64,000 bases of DNA, taken from Lingula anatina. Taxonomy: Eukaryota > Animalia > Brachiopoda. The stretch is from contig CM120649.1 in the NCBI GenBank assembly GCA_051362555.1, positions 19,110,567 to 19,174,566 of the forward strand, given 5' to 3'. Each line of letters starts with the position of its first letter. The stretch's first letter is position 1. The position numbers were made by a program, and so were the translations under genes. Below the pieces are notes generated by a model, which ran no database searches, was not told the DNA's origin, and was given only the letters and a program-made list of their open reading frames with translations. Positions 38,626-52,174 of this stretch are shown one piece after another.

Positions 38626-39009
38626 GTATTTATTTACATATTTTAATTAACTTTTTTTAAGTCTCAGTCAGCAATTAAAGCATCCAGCTTTACTTCTCAG
38701 TAGTGTATTTATTTATTTATTATTATTATTTTTTTTTATTATTTTAATTTTTCTTTTTTGTATTAAAGAGGTTGTATAAGTTTGTAAAAAGTATTCATTC
38801 TTTGAAAAGTCCACGTTTCATTTTGACTAAACAAATTTTCAATTTTTGTACACTTCTGTGAAGTAATTTGAAAATTGTTCTAAATAGTTAGTCATCCAGT
38901 CATATTTCATCTTCCACAAATCCTAGAACATTTAGCAGTTAAACCACAGAGAGAGATGAGCTCAGCATTTCCTTCTGTCTTTGACAGGTGCCTGAAGTGG
39001 ACGGCTTGA
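35648..39009 (+). CDS. ZNHIT1: Zinc finger HIT domain-containing protein 1 (SRCAP/SWR1 subunit, SWC6/Vps71 orthologue), 153 aa
   Basis: Exons 35648-35669, 36522-36695, 37213-37292, 37656-37738, 38443-38523, 38988-39009 (462 nt). Translation MADKRVSDRLKDINSRRVLDEAARRRRLRKALEALESDNFQDDPHADL...FRFKKNFASLLEEE...PNYF...RHFCAVCGSPSNYKCVPCGARYCCVRCLGTHQDTRCLKWTA carries the recognisable ZNHIT1 motifs (LEALExDNFQDDPH, HIT zinc finger, C-terminal TRCLKWT). Confidence 0.95.
36270..36342 (-). mobile_element. tRNA-derived SINE head or pseudo-tRNA in ZNHIT1 intron 1
   Basis: Reverse complement has A box TAGCTCAGGTGGTAGAGC and B box GGTTCGATCCC with a T-arm, but mispaired acceptor and anticodon stems. Confidence 0.65.
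37739..38442 (+). other. U12-type (minor spliceosome) AT-AC intron in ZNHIT1
   Basis: 5' splice site ATATCCTT at 37739, branch point TCCTTAAC at 38427-38434, terminal AC at 38441-38442. Removal joins GG+A (Gly) and restores CAVCG-SPSNYKC in frame. Confidence 0.92.
38533..38622. repeat. (TATT)n/(TAT)n microsatellite in ZNHIT1 intron 5
   Basis: Directly visible. Confidence 0.9.
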
Positions 39010-41344
39010 GAAAGTTTGGTGAAAGAGCTGGAAGAGAAAACGTTTCAGAATCTGGGTTCTACATTCTAGAAAGACATCTGTTGATTCTAACTGTACTGAG
39101 CCAGGCAATAATACAAGAAACTTGATGATAAGATAAACAAGTGGTCTCAGCATTTCACTTCATGGACATACCAAAGGAGAGTGACCTGGAATGTATTTGT
39201 AGGATAAATACATTGCCTGGCATCACCACAGTAGTAAGGTTGATGGATTTCCTACAATTATTTCACTGACAAGGCTGACCCCAGGGAAATGGTTCTAACC
39301 CTTCTTCTGAGTGTGTCTTCTGCCACTGTTCAAGCTCTAGCAGCAGCCCTGCTCATATCAGTATTATTATTATCTGTCCTGTATATGACATTGACCTGGC
39401 GTATAAAGCCGTGCCTATGGTTGTCGGTGCAAAACGTGCACGCAGGTGATGCACGCACGCACATACTGCTTGACACATAAGGCGGATTGTGTTAGGTGTT
39501 CCTGGATGTGCTGCACAGATTGCGTCGGAAGCAAATGTTATTGAAAATGTTGTCAGATTGAGCCGCGATGGTTATGAGCGGGTAGCGGTTTCTTGGTACA
39601 GGACAGGGTCGATTAGATAGTTTTCACACCCAAATAAAACATAAATGCTCTCATTTTGTGTAAAGACTTATGTTTGTGACAGCTGAGAAAGACACGTGCA
39701 CCAGATTCACAATTGCCGTGCCATGAGTCAGAGAGTACTTGGATTATGTTTGACATTGTCTCCTGAATCTCATCACGTCATACGATAAGACATCAGTATT
39801 TATAATAGCTTTATATCATGGATGATTTCTATGCTTTACGTGGATGTCAGGGAGAACTGACTCCGTTCTTGGTTATGTCTACATAGTCTAAGATGGTGAA
39901 TCGTATAATGGTGTAAAAGATTGATATTTACGTTTGATAAGAATTAAATAGTTATATTTACAGTCAATACAAATTCAAGTGAACTTTAAGTAAAAACGTC
40001 ATTGTTATGTTTTTATTTATGCAATTATAGTATCCCCCATGCTTTTGTTCATCACATCTTTGTGTGCAGGTGCCACATCTTTCTTGACTGCGTCATACAG
40101 AAAATATAAGAAAAAGTTTCACAAACATCTGTAAGATCAATTATTAATAAGTCACAAAACCTTTTGAAAGATGAAAACGGACGCATGTCTTCTTTAAAAA
40201 AAAAAAACTTAAATTTCATCTCCTAATAATCGAAGTTCAAAGTCAAAAGTGAGGCACGTGCTTGCTGTAACCTAACCCTGGTAAGGTGACATAAAGTAGG
40301 AAGACGCTGACCGGTTTTTATTGAGTTCTCGTGAATTAACGCTACATGTGAACTGGTGTCTGTGTTTGTTATAACACGCGCCATATATCACGTCACAGTC
40401 TCTCCTTGTCTATACTGCACTGGGTATACGTGACTTGTGTCTAATTTCAGGCAACATGTTTTTAAGGTATTGCGCCACAAAAAAATAATTAAAGTTAACA
40501 CGAAAGGGGCAGGGTAACAGCAGAGCCGCGGTACTTAAGTTTTAGAGTCGATTTTTATTATTTTGAATGATTGAGCTTTTTCCAGAAAAACTAACTGATC
40601 AATCAAAATAGGTAGTTCGGATGCCAAATGTGTTTTCACCCTCGGCTTTAAGCATGACGTCCAAGGCATGGACACAACTATGACCAGTAAGATATTTTAC
40701 TTCATAAAATTGGGTTGAAATTGCAAAGTATTACTTGTTGATAAAGGTTAGGCAAATGAATTGTTCATAGGTTACAGGTAATTAAACACTTCTCCCTTTT
40801 TTACTCAAGTTTCAAACTCAAGTTTGAACCAGGAAATCCTCACTTCTGTTCGGACACGTCAAAAAAAAAAAAAAGAAAAAAAAAAACCGCAAAACTTAGT
40901 TTTTTTAACAGACCCATTCAAACAAACGCACTACGTTTTTTACGTCGCCCCTTGCCGTGGACTCGCTGGTACGCGCTAGATAGGGTGGAATTCGGAAATG
41001 TGTCGTTTTGCTGCTGGAACGGTCAGATATCACCGTCTTGATTCGTAAAAAAGAATAATATAAATGAAAATAATAATCCAGTAGCACATGTAATCACGTT
41101 GACAATCCGCTCGGACTAAGCACTCCATTATATCATTGTATGCCGCAAGATCTCACGACTGTCTCGGTATCTATAATCTCTTTGTCATCACCACGTTAAC
41201 AGAAGCTCAAGATATTTTAATTATATTATACGCAAGCGATTGACATTGAAGGTATTGCGCTGTCTTCGGATTAGGTGAAGGGACGCCTTGTCCTACATAT
41301 GTCTTTTTTATTTACTCCTCGCACAATAAAAATAATAAAAACAA

Positions 41345-41387
<43 letters not shown>

Positions 41388-42779
41388 ACGTTTATGTTTT
41401 CCGTTTTCCACACTGTAATCTTGAGAAGCGTTGGGTACACAGTAGAATGATAAAGAGGTTTGGTGTACGTCTCGTGGAGGGGTAAGAAATGTTACCCCGT
41501 CACGCCACTCTCTGATGACTGTGCGCTATGTGAGGCACAGAGAGCCTATTCATACACAGCGCCATCTACATCTTTACATATTCATATACCGCACTGACAT
41601 GTGCCCGTACACGTGCTGGCAGAGTAACAGAGAAACATGACGTTATATGACGCAACAATGGCACTACCTGTACGGGACGTTTTCGTCGTAAGATCAATCA
41701 TTTTTAAGAATCATCGTAGACTCCTACTTCGAGAAATCGACATTTGAAATCTCCTGTCGATGGGATGCAACAAAACTCTGAGTCGTGAAAATTTAATTTA
41801 ATTTGTGCGTTTAATTTCTTTTTTAGAACTATGTTAAAACCCAAGGCCATCTATGTCACATGCAAGCTGACATCGAATTCGTATTCATCAAGGTCTAGTT
41901 TTATTTCATCTGGCTTGTCTCGAGAGAATATAGACAGCTCTGCGGCATTCACCCCCCCCCCCCCCAAAAAAAAAAATAAATAAATAAATAAATAAATAAA
42001 AAAAACATGATTTTCATATTGACTATATGTACTCGAGATGCCTCGAAGTATTTTTTTTTTTTCATGTGCACGATAACACTCATACTAGTATGTAAATGTG
42101 GTATCTATGCCAGACAACAATACCGGTAAATAGCACTGACAAAAGAGACGTGTGCTTCACCGGAGTTCTTTATGGGACTGGCTTGGCATGTGTAATCACA
42201 ATATGTTTTATTTTTCTCCGATAATAACTTTCTCAAACCACACTTTATCTATTTCCTTAGAGTTATTTGTAAATGTCTTGTTGTGGTAATTACGCCCATA
42301 CACACGATGAACGTTTTTTTTTTTTTACCGATTTATCTTAGTTCTTCTGTCTCTCATCAAATTATGTCATGTTTACAAACATTTGTAATGATGTATCAAA
42401 ACAGACTGGCTCTACACTTTGTTTCGCTATCTACTCATTTAACTACAATGCATCCTTTTCTTGTAGTATTTTAGTGTCAACGTGAATAACGACAGGCATT
42501 TGCGCATATTTAAGACAAAATTGTTTCCTCCTAGACTTTAACTTTGCACAGAAAGCATTGACCAATGCGCCAGAAGAGCTGTGAGGGGGTATTTACAGAC
42601 TTTTCCGACCTTTTAATAAAACTATCAAGACTCTTTAAAAATTAACAAACTGTAGATATGAAGATTTGACAAGCGCTGTGTACAGCGAGTGTATACCGTC
42701 ACAACAAACCGGCCCATAATAAAGGAAACAAACCAAACCAATCATTTGTCAAGAGTTGTTTAATGAATAAACTGATTAA

Positions 42780-43228
42780 TTGCGTGGAGAAGCTCAGCGC
42801 CCACCGCATCCGGAAATTATTACCCCGCATGCGCAGTTAAGTGTCGTCGTTGTCAAGTGAGACTGTCCTTGGGTTGTCACTTTACCTGGGTAGTGGAAGG
42901 TGACAGCGTCTCGCAGAGCAAAACGAAGACAGGACGCTAAGAACTTTTACCGAATACAAATCCTGACGACGCTCGTGATAAAGCGTTGTCGCGATAGTAG
43001 CGGTAAGCTCTTGTTTGCTTCCAAACTTAGGAATTTTTACCTGCCTGAGAAAGAAGCTTGGCGGTGGGTGCGAACGCCAATTTTCTGGAAAAAGTACTAC
43101 CAGAGGAATTAAGAGAAGTTCTTAAAGGGCAGCAGAGATTAAGATTCTGAATTGGAGAAGAGATATATTTCAGTTTTCTCCACTGAAGAACTTCCAAGGC
43201 AGGAATACCCTAGAAGCATATCAGAAAG
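42780..43228 (+). promoter_or_regulatory. Putative promoter and non-coding first exon of the downstream large gene
   Basis: Locally CpG-rich; NRF1/P3A2-type CGCATGCGCA at 42826-42835, ETS-like CCGGAA at ~42810, perfect donor AAG|GTAAGT after 43228. The link to the 58941 acceptor is inferred. Confidence 0.4.
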
Positions 43229-44087
43229 GTAAGTTTTAACCGATAGTGAAAAACTTTTGCAACAGTTTCATAAGCAAAACATTTTACATATTCATGTGCC
43301 TGCTCATACAATGCCCCTATACAAATATCCCTGTTGTTTTCTACCGCTGCTGACTTGCTTATGAACTAAACACTAGCGTCACGCATACATTGTAAGATGC
43401 ACGCGGCGACGGAGGGGGGGGGGGGGGCGCATAGCATCTTTTCACCCCTACCATAACCTAGGCCTCACTTCATGCAGACACAAAAAATAACAATAAGCAA
43501 AGCACAGGGCATATTTGATAATATCCAACGGATACTGCCAGTTATTTCACTCCAGTCTATTTTATTTTGATGAATTGTACACACGCAGTGGTCTATGGTA
43601 CCATCTTGTATGCTCTAATGTCAACACCGCATCGCTGATTTGAAAAAACAGTTTCTACGCTGTATCAGCCCGTGCTGGGTTCATTTAAAAGACATCATTT
43701 TAAAGAATTAACCACCTATTTATATATCTATTATTTTAGAATAGGGTTCTTATTGGCGTTGTGAAATGCATTACATTGTATATAAGATTTATATCTTCCT
43801 CATTGAAGTTCTGGCGCTAAAACGTCAAAACATCGGAGAGCGGTGAAGCACAGCTTTTTGTGGTGTAGGCCGATAGGCTATAGTCACGGACGTACACTAT
43901 GCCATCATCTTGCTGTCCTTTTAGTACATCATGGCCGTAAAAGTGTATAAATAAATCTGTGTGCTTGTTAACAAGAGTAAGGGGTGAGAATTACAGTACA
44001 GTGTATAACTATGCAGGGTATGCTATCTTGAAACGAAAAAGATGAAAAATTCGCGTAGAGGCTGGTTTGCCTGCTTGCAGTTTTGTA

Positions 44088-44113
44088 TATTATTATTATT
44101 ATTATCATTATTA

Positions 44114-44166
<53 letters not shown>
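44088..44166. repeat. (TAT)n microsatellite
   Basis: Directly visible. Confidence 0.9.
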
Positions 44167-44753
44167 CTTAAAACAGTTAAATAAGATGCTTCAATACAGA
44201 AAATAGTACAATACACCATGAATTGCGACGTCTACTTATTCGTTTATTCGTTCATTCTGTCGTACGATAATTAATTTATAAAGTGCTATAATTATTTTTG
44301 TATAGGGAAGGGAGGTACAACTGTATGAGGGTGACAATACCACAATAAAATATGAATCTCAATTTCTAGAAAAATCTAAATGTTGGCTGTATTGCTGGCT
44401 ACCCTGACCTTAACTTTGCTCCGTTAAAGAAGTCAACAGTGCTGTAAATTAAACAGTTGATAGATTTATAACTTAGAGTGGAAACTCATTGTATACAAGA
44501 GTCACTTTGGAGGACAAATACATATACAGTGTTTAATAACCCCAGCTATGACTGCCACTGGTTAAATTTAACTGTTTCCACGCGATGGGAAATATCCTCA
44601 GTGAGATGTACTTTTGTGCTTTTGGTCATGCTATATAGTATTGTATAACCGTGTTGATGTAACTATGAACATTATAAAAAAAACTTTTTATATTTTTATT
44701 TTGCTTTCTCTTCGGTAAGGATAAAGATCCATTCATTTGTGTATTTTAAACTA

Positions 44754-44755
44754 TG

Positions 44756-44807
<52 letters not shown>

Positions 44808-45068
44808 ACAGAACTAGTTGATCCATGGACTAACAGATCCTCGGACTAAATATGGCAGCGCCGACTAATTTCCTGATGTCTCCCCGCCTCCACACGCGCC
44901 GTCACTACGGGGCCTTGCAATTAAACCTCGGAGTTGAGATTTTAATGCAATTAATGGCGCGTGTGGAGGCGGGGAGACCTTCAGTGGACTAAGTGGCGCT
45001 GCTTTTAGGTCGATTGACCACATTAAGTCGGCGGATCAGATAGTCTGCGGATCATCTATTCTGTTCAG

Positions 45069-45072
<4 letters not shown>
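44754..45072. mobile_element. Fold-back MITE associated with (GA)n
   Basis: Perfect 23 bp inner stem 44878-44900/44956-44978, imperfect outer arms ACAGAACTAGTTGATCC / GGATCATCTATTCTGT, outermost TGAACTGA / TCAGTTCA. Confidence 0.75.
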
Positions 45073-45100
<28 letters not shown>

Positions 45101-48100
45101 AGGCACAAAATGAAAGTGAATGGCCATTGTGAAGGTTACTCAACTGGCCCTGAGAGCTCCTTTGTCCACTGAACGTGCGTGGGGAGGTCAATTACCAGAG
45201 GAACGCGACAGGGCCAGCTCTGTACCACATGGTGAAGAAGGCAGGTGGTTGGATGGTGACGCTACCAGTGTGGTGCAGTGCCGAGGCGACGCACAGGGAG
45301 AGCATTGTTTTCTTAATGTCTGTAGGAAGATGTATGTCGATTTCATTGCTGAATGACACAGGTTAATGGGGGTTTAGTAATTCTCGTTTAAAAGCCAAGT
45401 TAAGCATTTTGACCTTGTGTTGAATACGAGTATTGTTGATTACAATGTATTAGGTGACATGATGATTCACTTTAATTCGTAAAGAAATTTCAACCCATTT
45501 ACTAAAGGAACAACCAGTGTCGGTTGGGTTTTATGTAAAGTAAAAAAATAATAAAAATAGAAAAAAAAATCAAATGTATGGAAAATGTTTTCAATAGCAG
45601 TGTGTGCTAAATGTGTGCTAAAACGTGCACAATTCATCCACTCCAATATATCATCTGAGGACCTCTGGCAGAAAATGATGAAGTGTGTAAATTTAAGATT
45701 TCTTTTCATGTATTCCACATGCATGATTATTGAAAAAGTACCAGTAGCCTGTACAGCATTCCCGACTATATTATAGACTTTATATATGAGTAAGGCCTTT
45801 TTGTTTGGAGCTACACATGTAGAATTACAGAGATGCATACCTGCACATGTACGTACACTACTGTTAGTAAACTGCCGCAGTACGTGACGAAGTCTCGTTT
45901 TAAGAAATCAGATAATATGGCTGTGCACATGTTGATAACAAATAGGTTATTGTATTTTATATGTGAACAAGGAAAAAATGAGCGTATTCATGACCAAAGT
46001 TGATCCGCGGACTTTGTTGTCAACTTGAAACTTATTGTACATGTATGACAGAACAATAAATTGCGTAGACCAGTGCATACTCAATACATGTGCTTTGCAA
46101 TCTCCAGTATGCGATAAATGAAAATATAATTGTTCCTCAAAATATAAGAAGCAAAGTAAAAGGGGAAAATTTATGCACACACACGTTTTCGATATAGCAC
46201 CGTACAGAGCGTACTGCAGTGCCATACATATACGTCTGTGAAGTCAGAAAAAGTTGAGAAGGTCAATTTTATTCACGCAAAGCTTGAGCGTTTGCCTTTT
46301 CTTTTTACCAAAACATACATGTGATATAAATCCTCCAAATAACATTGCACTAATTTTACTAGATCCGAAGTTTTTTATGAGTTGTTACGTTCTCTTTATA
46401 TGCTACTAGAAGTTCTTTGTTTTGGTATGTCAAATATGATGTAGTCTATTAGCTCTACTAATTCATTTTCAAATTGAATGCGCACACAGGTGATCAGTTG
46501 TCATTTAATTATAACATAATTTTAACTGAACAGGTGTCAGGCACGTGCTGTACAGGTAGGTGAAATGACAAGCACAGATTCCTGAATAATTACGATAACC
46601 GCTGTTTTGGTCGTAAATAGAATTTATTATATTTCTTTAAGTTGTTTAAAATGCATTTATTGTGAAATATTAATCTCACACGAACAGTTGTTATCTCTTT
46701 AAGCTCATTACGGGCACGGTTATAGGTGCTCAACAGCCACAAATGAATTCATGTGTCATTAGATACATCAGCATGATACGTACAGTACGTCGATGAATAT
46801 TTTAATATTGAATTAAAATTGAACACTTACACAATGTTACAATTAAAAGTTGGTTACAATGTTGGTAAAAACTGGAATGAGACGAGAGCATGCCTGTAGT
46901 TGATGTAAAAATTATAATTGTACAAAAATCTTGACGCATGAGCATCGGGCTATAGCGTCTCATGAAGGTATTTACGTCTAAAGTTGACCTCTGTGTAAGC
47001 CCGCCGTCCATGTATGTACCCTGTACATGGTACTGTATACAACTTAAGATATACATTGTACACTAAATATAAATTTGTATGACACTTGAGACAAATTGAA
47101 TATTACTACCCTCAATTATATTGTTAACCATTACAGTCGTGATATAAAAGTTCTGGCACGTACATCATACCTGTACAGACTTAGAAGTAAGTAGAATTAT
47201 TAATGAAGCGAGGAGAACAACAGGACCAGGTGACATATTGTGGTGTCATGGGACTCTATACGTACTAAAGCTGCTAACGTCACCCAGGGATATTTTCTGG
47301 TATATGAAATATTGTTTTTATATGAAGAGCTCAGGAGGGAGAGAGGGAGGGAGGGGAAGGTATTCTTCGAAAAAATTACATGTTGTCCATTTTTTTTCTT
47401 AAATTCATTTAGGTATGTGTTTTTTCATAAAATCATTACTCTACGTATTACTATTATGTGTAAAACTAGGAAAGGTACAAAAATCTTTGGAAAAGCGTCA
47501 GTGACCGAGCACTGTGAACAAGCACGAGAGAAAGGGTCCACACGACATCTTAATCTTACATAAATGTTGACACAGAGAGAGAGACATAAATTACTGACTC
47601 GTGTCTAAATAATGTGATTACAGTGCGTTTGTAAATGGACGACACATTGATAGTGAAGTGGGTTAACCCGATCTGAATATCTCCCCTCCTCAATTAAACA
47701 TTTCTTTCATACATGGCATACACGTAGATACACGTATTAATCTAATTTATCATTCTTTTTCATTATTTTATCACAAAATTATTTTTAAAAAATCGATTAG
47801 ATAATATTTCATAATCGCTTAGATGTTGGTGGTGGTATTTAGTTAATTGGTTAATCAATTGTTTAATTGATAGTGAGAATGACTACATTCTTTTGGCGCT
47901 TTACTTTTTTTATGTACTACATTTTATTCATTTATGTACGTTCATTGGCGTTTACCTCTATCGGGCAGGCACCGCGTCAGCTCAAATCTACAGAAAAACA
48001 GTAGTAAATTTTTAAAAACTTCTTTCGATTCCATCAAAAAGCGAGGTTTTGATTGTAACGGAATGCCTGAATGTGTCTGTCATTTGTCATATATTAGGAT

Positions 48101-48134
48101 GTCACGCGCACTTTGTATTAACAATGGTTATGAA

Positions 48135-48177
<43 letters not shown>

Positions 48178-51100
48178 TTTTCAAAACGAAAATCACTTAG
48201 TTTTAACACAACAATGGCTATACTGTGGAGAGACAGCCATCTGAGGACAACATCTGACGCGAGAAAATACGATTGGAACGTTAAGTCCCCTTAAAAGGAC
48301 ACCAATGACTTCTTCACTATGAGCAATTTTAATTCCTCGTGCGGCGTGTATCAATCCTTTCAGTGTAAGAGGGAGAATTGAGGCGGGGGAGTATTACGTA
48401 TTTAAACGGCCATCAGCAATACTTCCAGGGCTCTATGAACCAATAACTACCTATCTAAATTCCACACGCAATGTCGATCACTTAATTACTTGTAAAATGG
48501 TTTGTTGTTGCCAATAGGCAGCTTATCTTCCAGCGTTACATACCAGGTGAATGGGCCGAGTGTCCTCACCACAGGGGCAATCTTCAGGTCAAGTCGACCA
48601 TTTAAATTCCAGTTCGGGACGAAATACACTGCTCACACTATATGCAAGGTTTCTTAGAATATTTGCTTTGTGTGTCCTGCAGGTCAAGGTCACGCTGTGT
48701 TGAGGCGAAGGTCAAGGTGAAGGTCACGGATGATATAACTGACCCACTTGGTTCTACCAAATAAAAATAAGAGCTCGGTCGATCTGCATAGGCGCTGCAT
48801 TCGAACTTCTTTTTTCCCTGTGGAAGAGCAGCTGTTGAAAAGAACAGAGAAAATTACATGGATGTTAATAAGATGAAGAAAAAAATGACAAAAGCAAAAT
48901 ATCTGGCTACAGATGTTAGAAACCTCAATTTTACCCTGCAATTTAACTGCACCGGACTCACAATTACTCAAAAAAATATTAATTATTATTATTATTATTA
49001 TAGTAATACAGAAAACATCAAATTTAAGCACTTTCATATTTTATTCTGAAATTTCAGTAAGAAAATGGTGGTCTAAAAACTTGGTCAGATGTTTACAAAT
49101 AAATTGTTTAATTACAAATTGTATGAAGCATTAAATCCAAGTCCAGGGTGGGGGGGGGCGAGTAGTGGTTCCTGGCTAGGAAAACTCTTTTTCTCCAGGA
49201 AATTGAGATATGGTGTGAAATTCTAGAACATATGCCTTTCAATTCTTGCATTTCATTGTGTGTTTGTTGCGAATTTAGCGTGCACTTTCTCTTTATCACC
49301 GCCCAGTCTATCCCCCATTGTTCTTAGACCGCTAAGAGCAGAATAATAGAATCTACGTCACTCTCGACCGAGATAAAAGAATTTCATCAATCATAGTCAT
49401 TATGGGATATTAGACCCAGGTATGATCGTTAACGTGCTTCTATATCAATGAGCGTCAAACAGGTACCAAATATGTGGTAACCGCTTTGAACCGCAATTTA
49501 GCATGCAATATAACCATTGACTCACACAAATCCCATGAATAACTTTCAACTTTTTATCTTTAAGAGTACATCTATTTTCTCCTATTATGTGAATTATTTT
49601 TCATCCCTGTTTATGTTATTTTTATTTTATTTGAAGGTAATTTGTATCCCCTAAATGGCTGTTATTAACATCTGCAATAGCAATCTATTTCGTGCCTTGC
49701 ACCGATGTGTTTCTTTAAACGTAAGTTGCAAATTACCAGTTCTTATTTCCATCAGCATACCAGCACGGCTGCATGGATTTCTGAATTTAGCAGTTCTACC
49801 AGTGTCACATTGGCAATTCTTTACTAGATATACACACATATATCTCTTCGTCTGTTTCTCTGTACTTTTCTGTACCAATCAGCGAGAACCAAAAGGCGCC
49901 ATCAGCACTGTAGTAAACATACAGTGTTAGTTCACATCTGGGCTAATTTTGAACGAAAATGACCAAATGACGTCACCAACAACCTCCAGATTGCAGTGAT
50001 AAAATAACTGATAATGACGCCAATTAGCCTAATTCTGTCCAAAATTATCCCACTCCTGAATACGCTCCGTAGCCAGCCTGTACTGGTTACTGCGCTGACA
50101 GTTTTATCCCAAAGCCTGATGAAGTAACATTAAGAGTGTTCTTACCAGGAGACCACTACCCTAAAGGTTATCATCAATCAAACGCTCTAGTACCGTTTAA
50201 ATTCCTATTGAAGTCATATATGCAGTAATACGTTAATATGACAGTAGATTATGTTACACAAGGACGCCTGGGCTGATGGTGCTCGTCACGCAACCTACAC
50301 CATAGTATATATCAAGACAATTACTGATGAAGGACCAATCTGAATCTTTACAACAAAGAAGGCAAACATAAATAGCTGAGGAAGTATAAAAATTAATAAA
50401 ACATAAATTAAAATATCTAGAAAATGATTTATAATTATCAGGCCAATTAAAGCTGACTTGATGCACCGCTGCCATGTGTTTTAAAAGATTTGGAATTTTT
50501 AAGCTATCAAATGTGAAGCTGAGTTTGTTTACAATGTTACTTCATTGTCTCTATTCTTTGTTCATCATGTCACTATGGCAGTTGGTGGGTAGTCAACAGA
50601 AAAGCGGCAGTTGCCCCCCCCCCCCCCCCCACCATCCCGAGACTTTTGAAAAAATATTTTTTATCTTAATAAAATGTTATCCTTTTCGATTGCTCAAATC
50701 AGTCAGAAGTTTACTACTTTTCCTTCAGTCAGCGTTTAAATGCGTACCGTAGGCAGCAGACCTACTAATAACCTTGTTATCCTGCCCCCCTTCAAAAGCT
50801 GCCCCTCCCCTAAATATTTTTCACAATGCACCGCGGCCCTTAACTGTTGCAAAATATTGTTCATCATTAAAATCCTGGGACGCACCTGGACATACTTAAG
50901 AAACTCCTTATAGACGTGACCATCGTTATAATCTGGAGAAACTTTCTGATAACAAGATAAGATATCAGGATAAAAAGAACACTCTTTTGTTCCTACGTAC
51001 GCCCCTCAATAAAATGCCCCACTTGTTGACATGGAGGACCCGAGAAAATGGACTTAGTGGTGACATGTGTCATCTCCTATGATCTTGCCCATCAATAAAC

Positions 51101-52088
51101 TCCCCACATCATCATAATGTCATGTAACATGGACGTATTGTTCTTCTAAGTTACAACACGAAGGGTTCAGGGAATGTCGTGTTGGTACCTATATGCAGTA
51201 AAGGTCTAGCAGGTCTGGTACGTCATCAGAGTACCAGCAAAACAGTTTTCAAATTGGCCACTGCCCCTACTATCTCACTGACTTGACATAAGTGTACTAG
51301 CCAATGATTGAATTTTTAATTCAGGTATGTGTATTCAGCGTTACCGTAGTAACTGCTACACAAATACATTCTAAATAATGACAAAACCAAAATTTCATTT
51401 GACACTCGCTCTGTACTTACCCTCATGAACAAGCAAAAACGTTTTCACCATGCAAGCATGACATTGCATTGTATCTTAAACTGTTCAAACATAGCTCGCG
51501 CTTTACTATCTACATTTATATTCATTGTTTCACAAACGACCCATACAATTGTGTTGTTGTTGTTGATAATTAAAAGCGCCAGGTAAAAATTTTTAAAAAA
51601 TTCATACATCTATTTATGTTACTATCTGTATTCGTGCGCCCCATACATTTGACTTCTATCGTTGTTGATGTTCATTTAAAAGTGCTGAGTAAAAATTTTA
51701 AGGGTTTATATTTGGCTTGGCATGCCACCGGGGTCTCATAAGTACGGAACCTTGGCTGCATTAACAGTGCTTCAATGTGGTGAAATATAAAAGACAATGC
51801 CTAAAGTCACTGGCAAGGGCAGGTATAGCCACTAATAGAGAGCAATTGTTTATTTGCTGTAAATAGTCATATGGGAAAATGGCAAAGTTTCAGCTACCTA
51901 AAGGTCAGCTTGAGGAGTTAGGTCGTATCATGGTCAATGGTGGTGATAAAAGTGGAGATGAATGGTAATGGAACGATGCACGCAGGTGACCCGGTATTAT
52001 TGCATATTGCCTTACCTGTTATCAAAGTATTTGAAACAATCTTCTATTGTCTGGCGCTACTTGATTGTTCTTCTTTGGTGGTGTGTTG

Positions 52089-52090
<2 letters not shown>

Positions 52091-52172
<82 letters not shown>
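52091..52172. repeat. (CT)n(GT)n compound microsatellite
   Basis: Directly visible. Confidence 0.95.

Positions 52173-52174
<2 letters not shown>

Noticed and set aside
45120-45366. GC-richer patch with two short ORFs
   Set aside because: No recognisable protein motif in the frames examined and no convincing splice sites; may be a repeat fragment.
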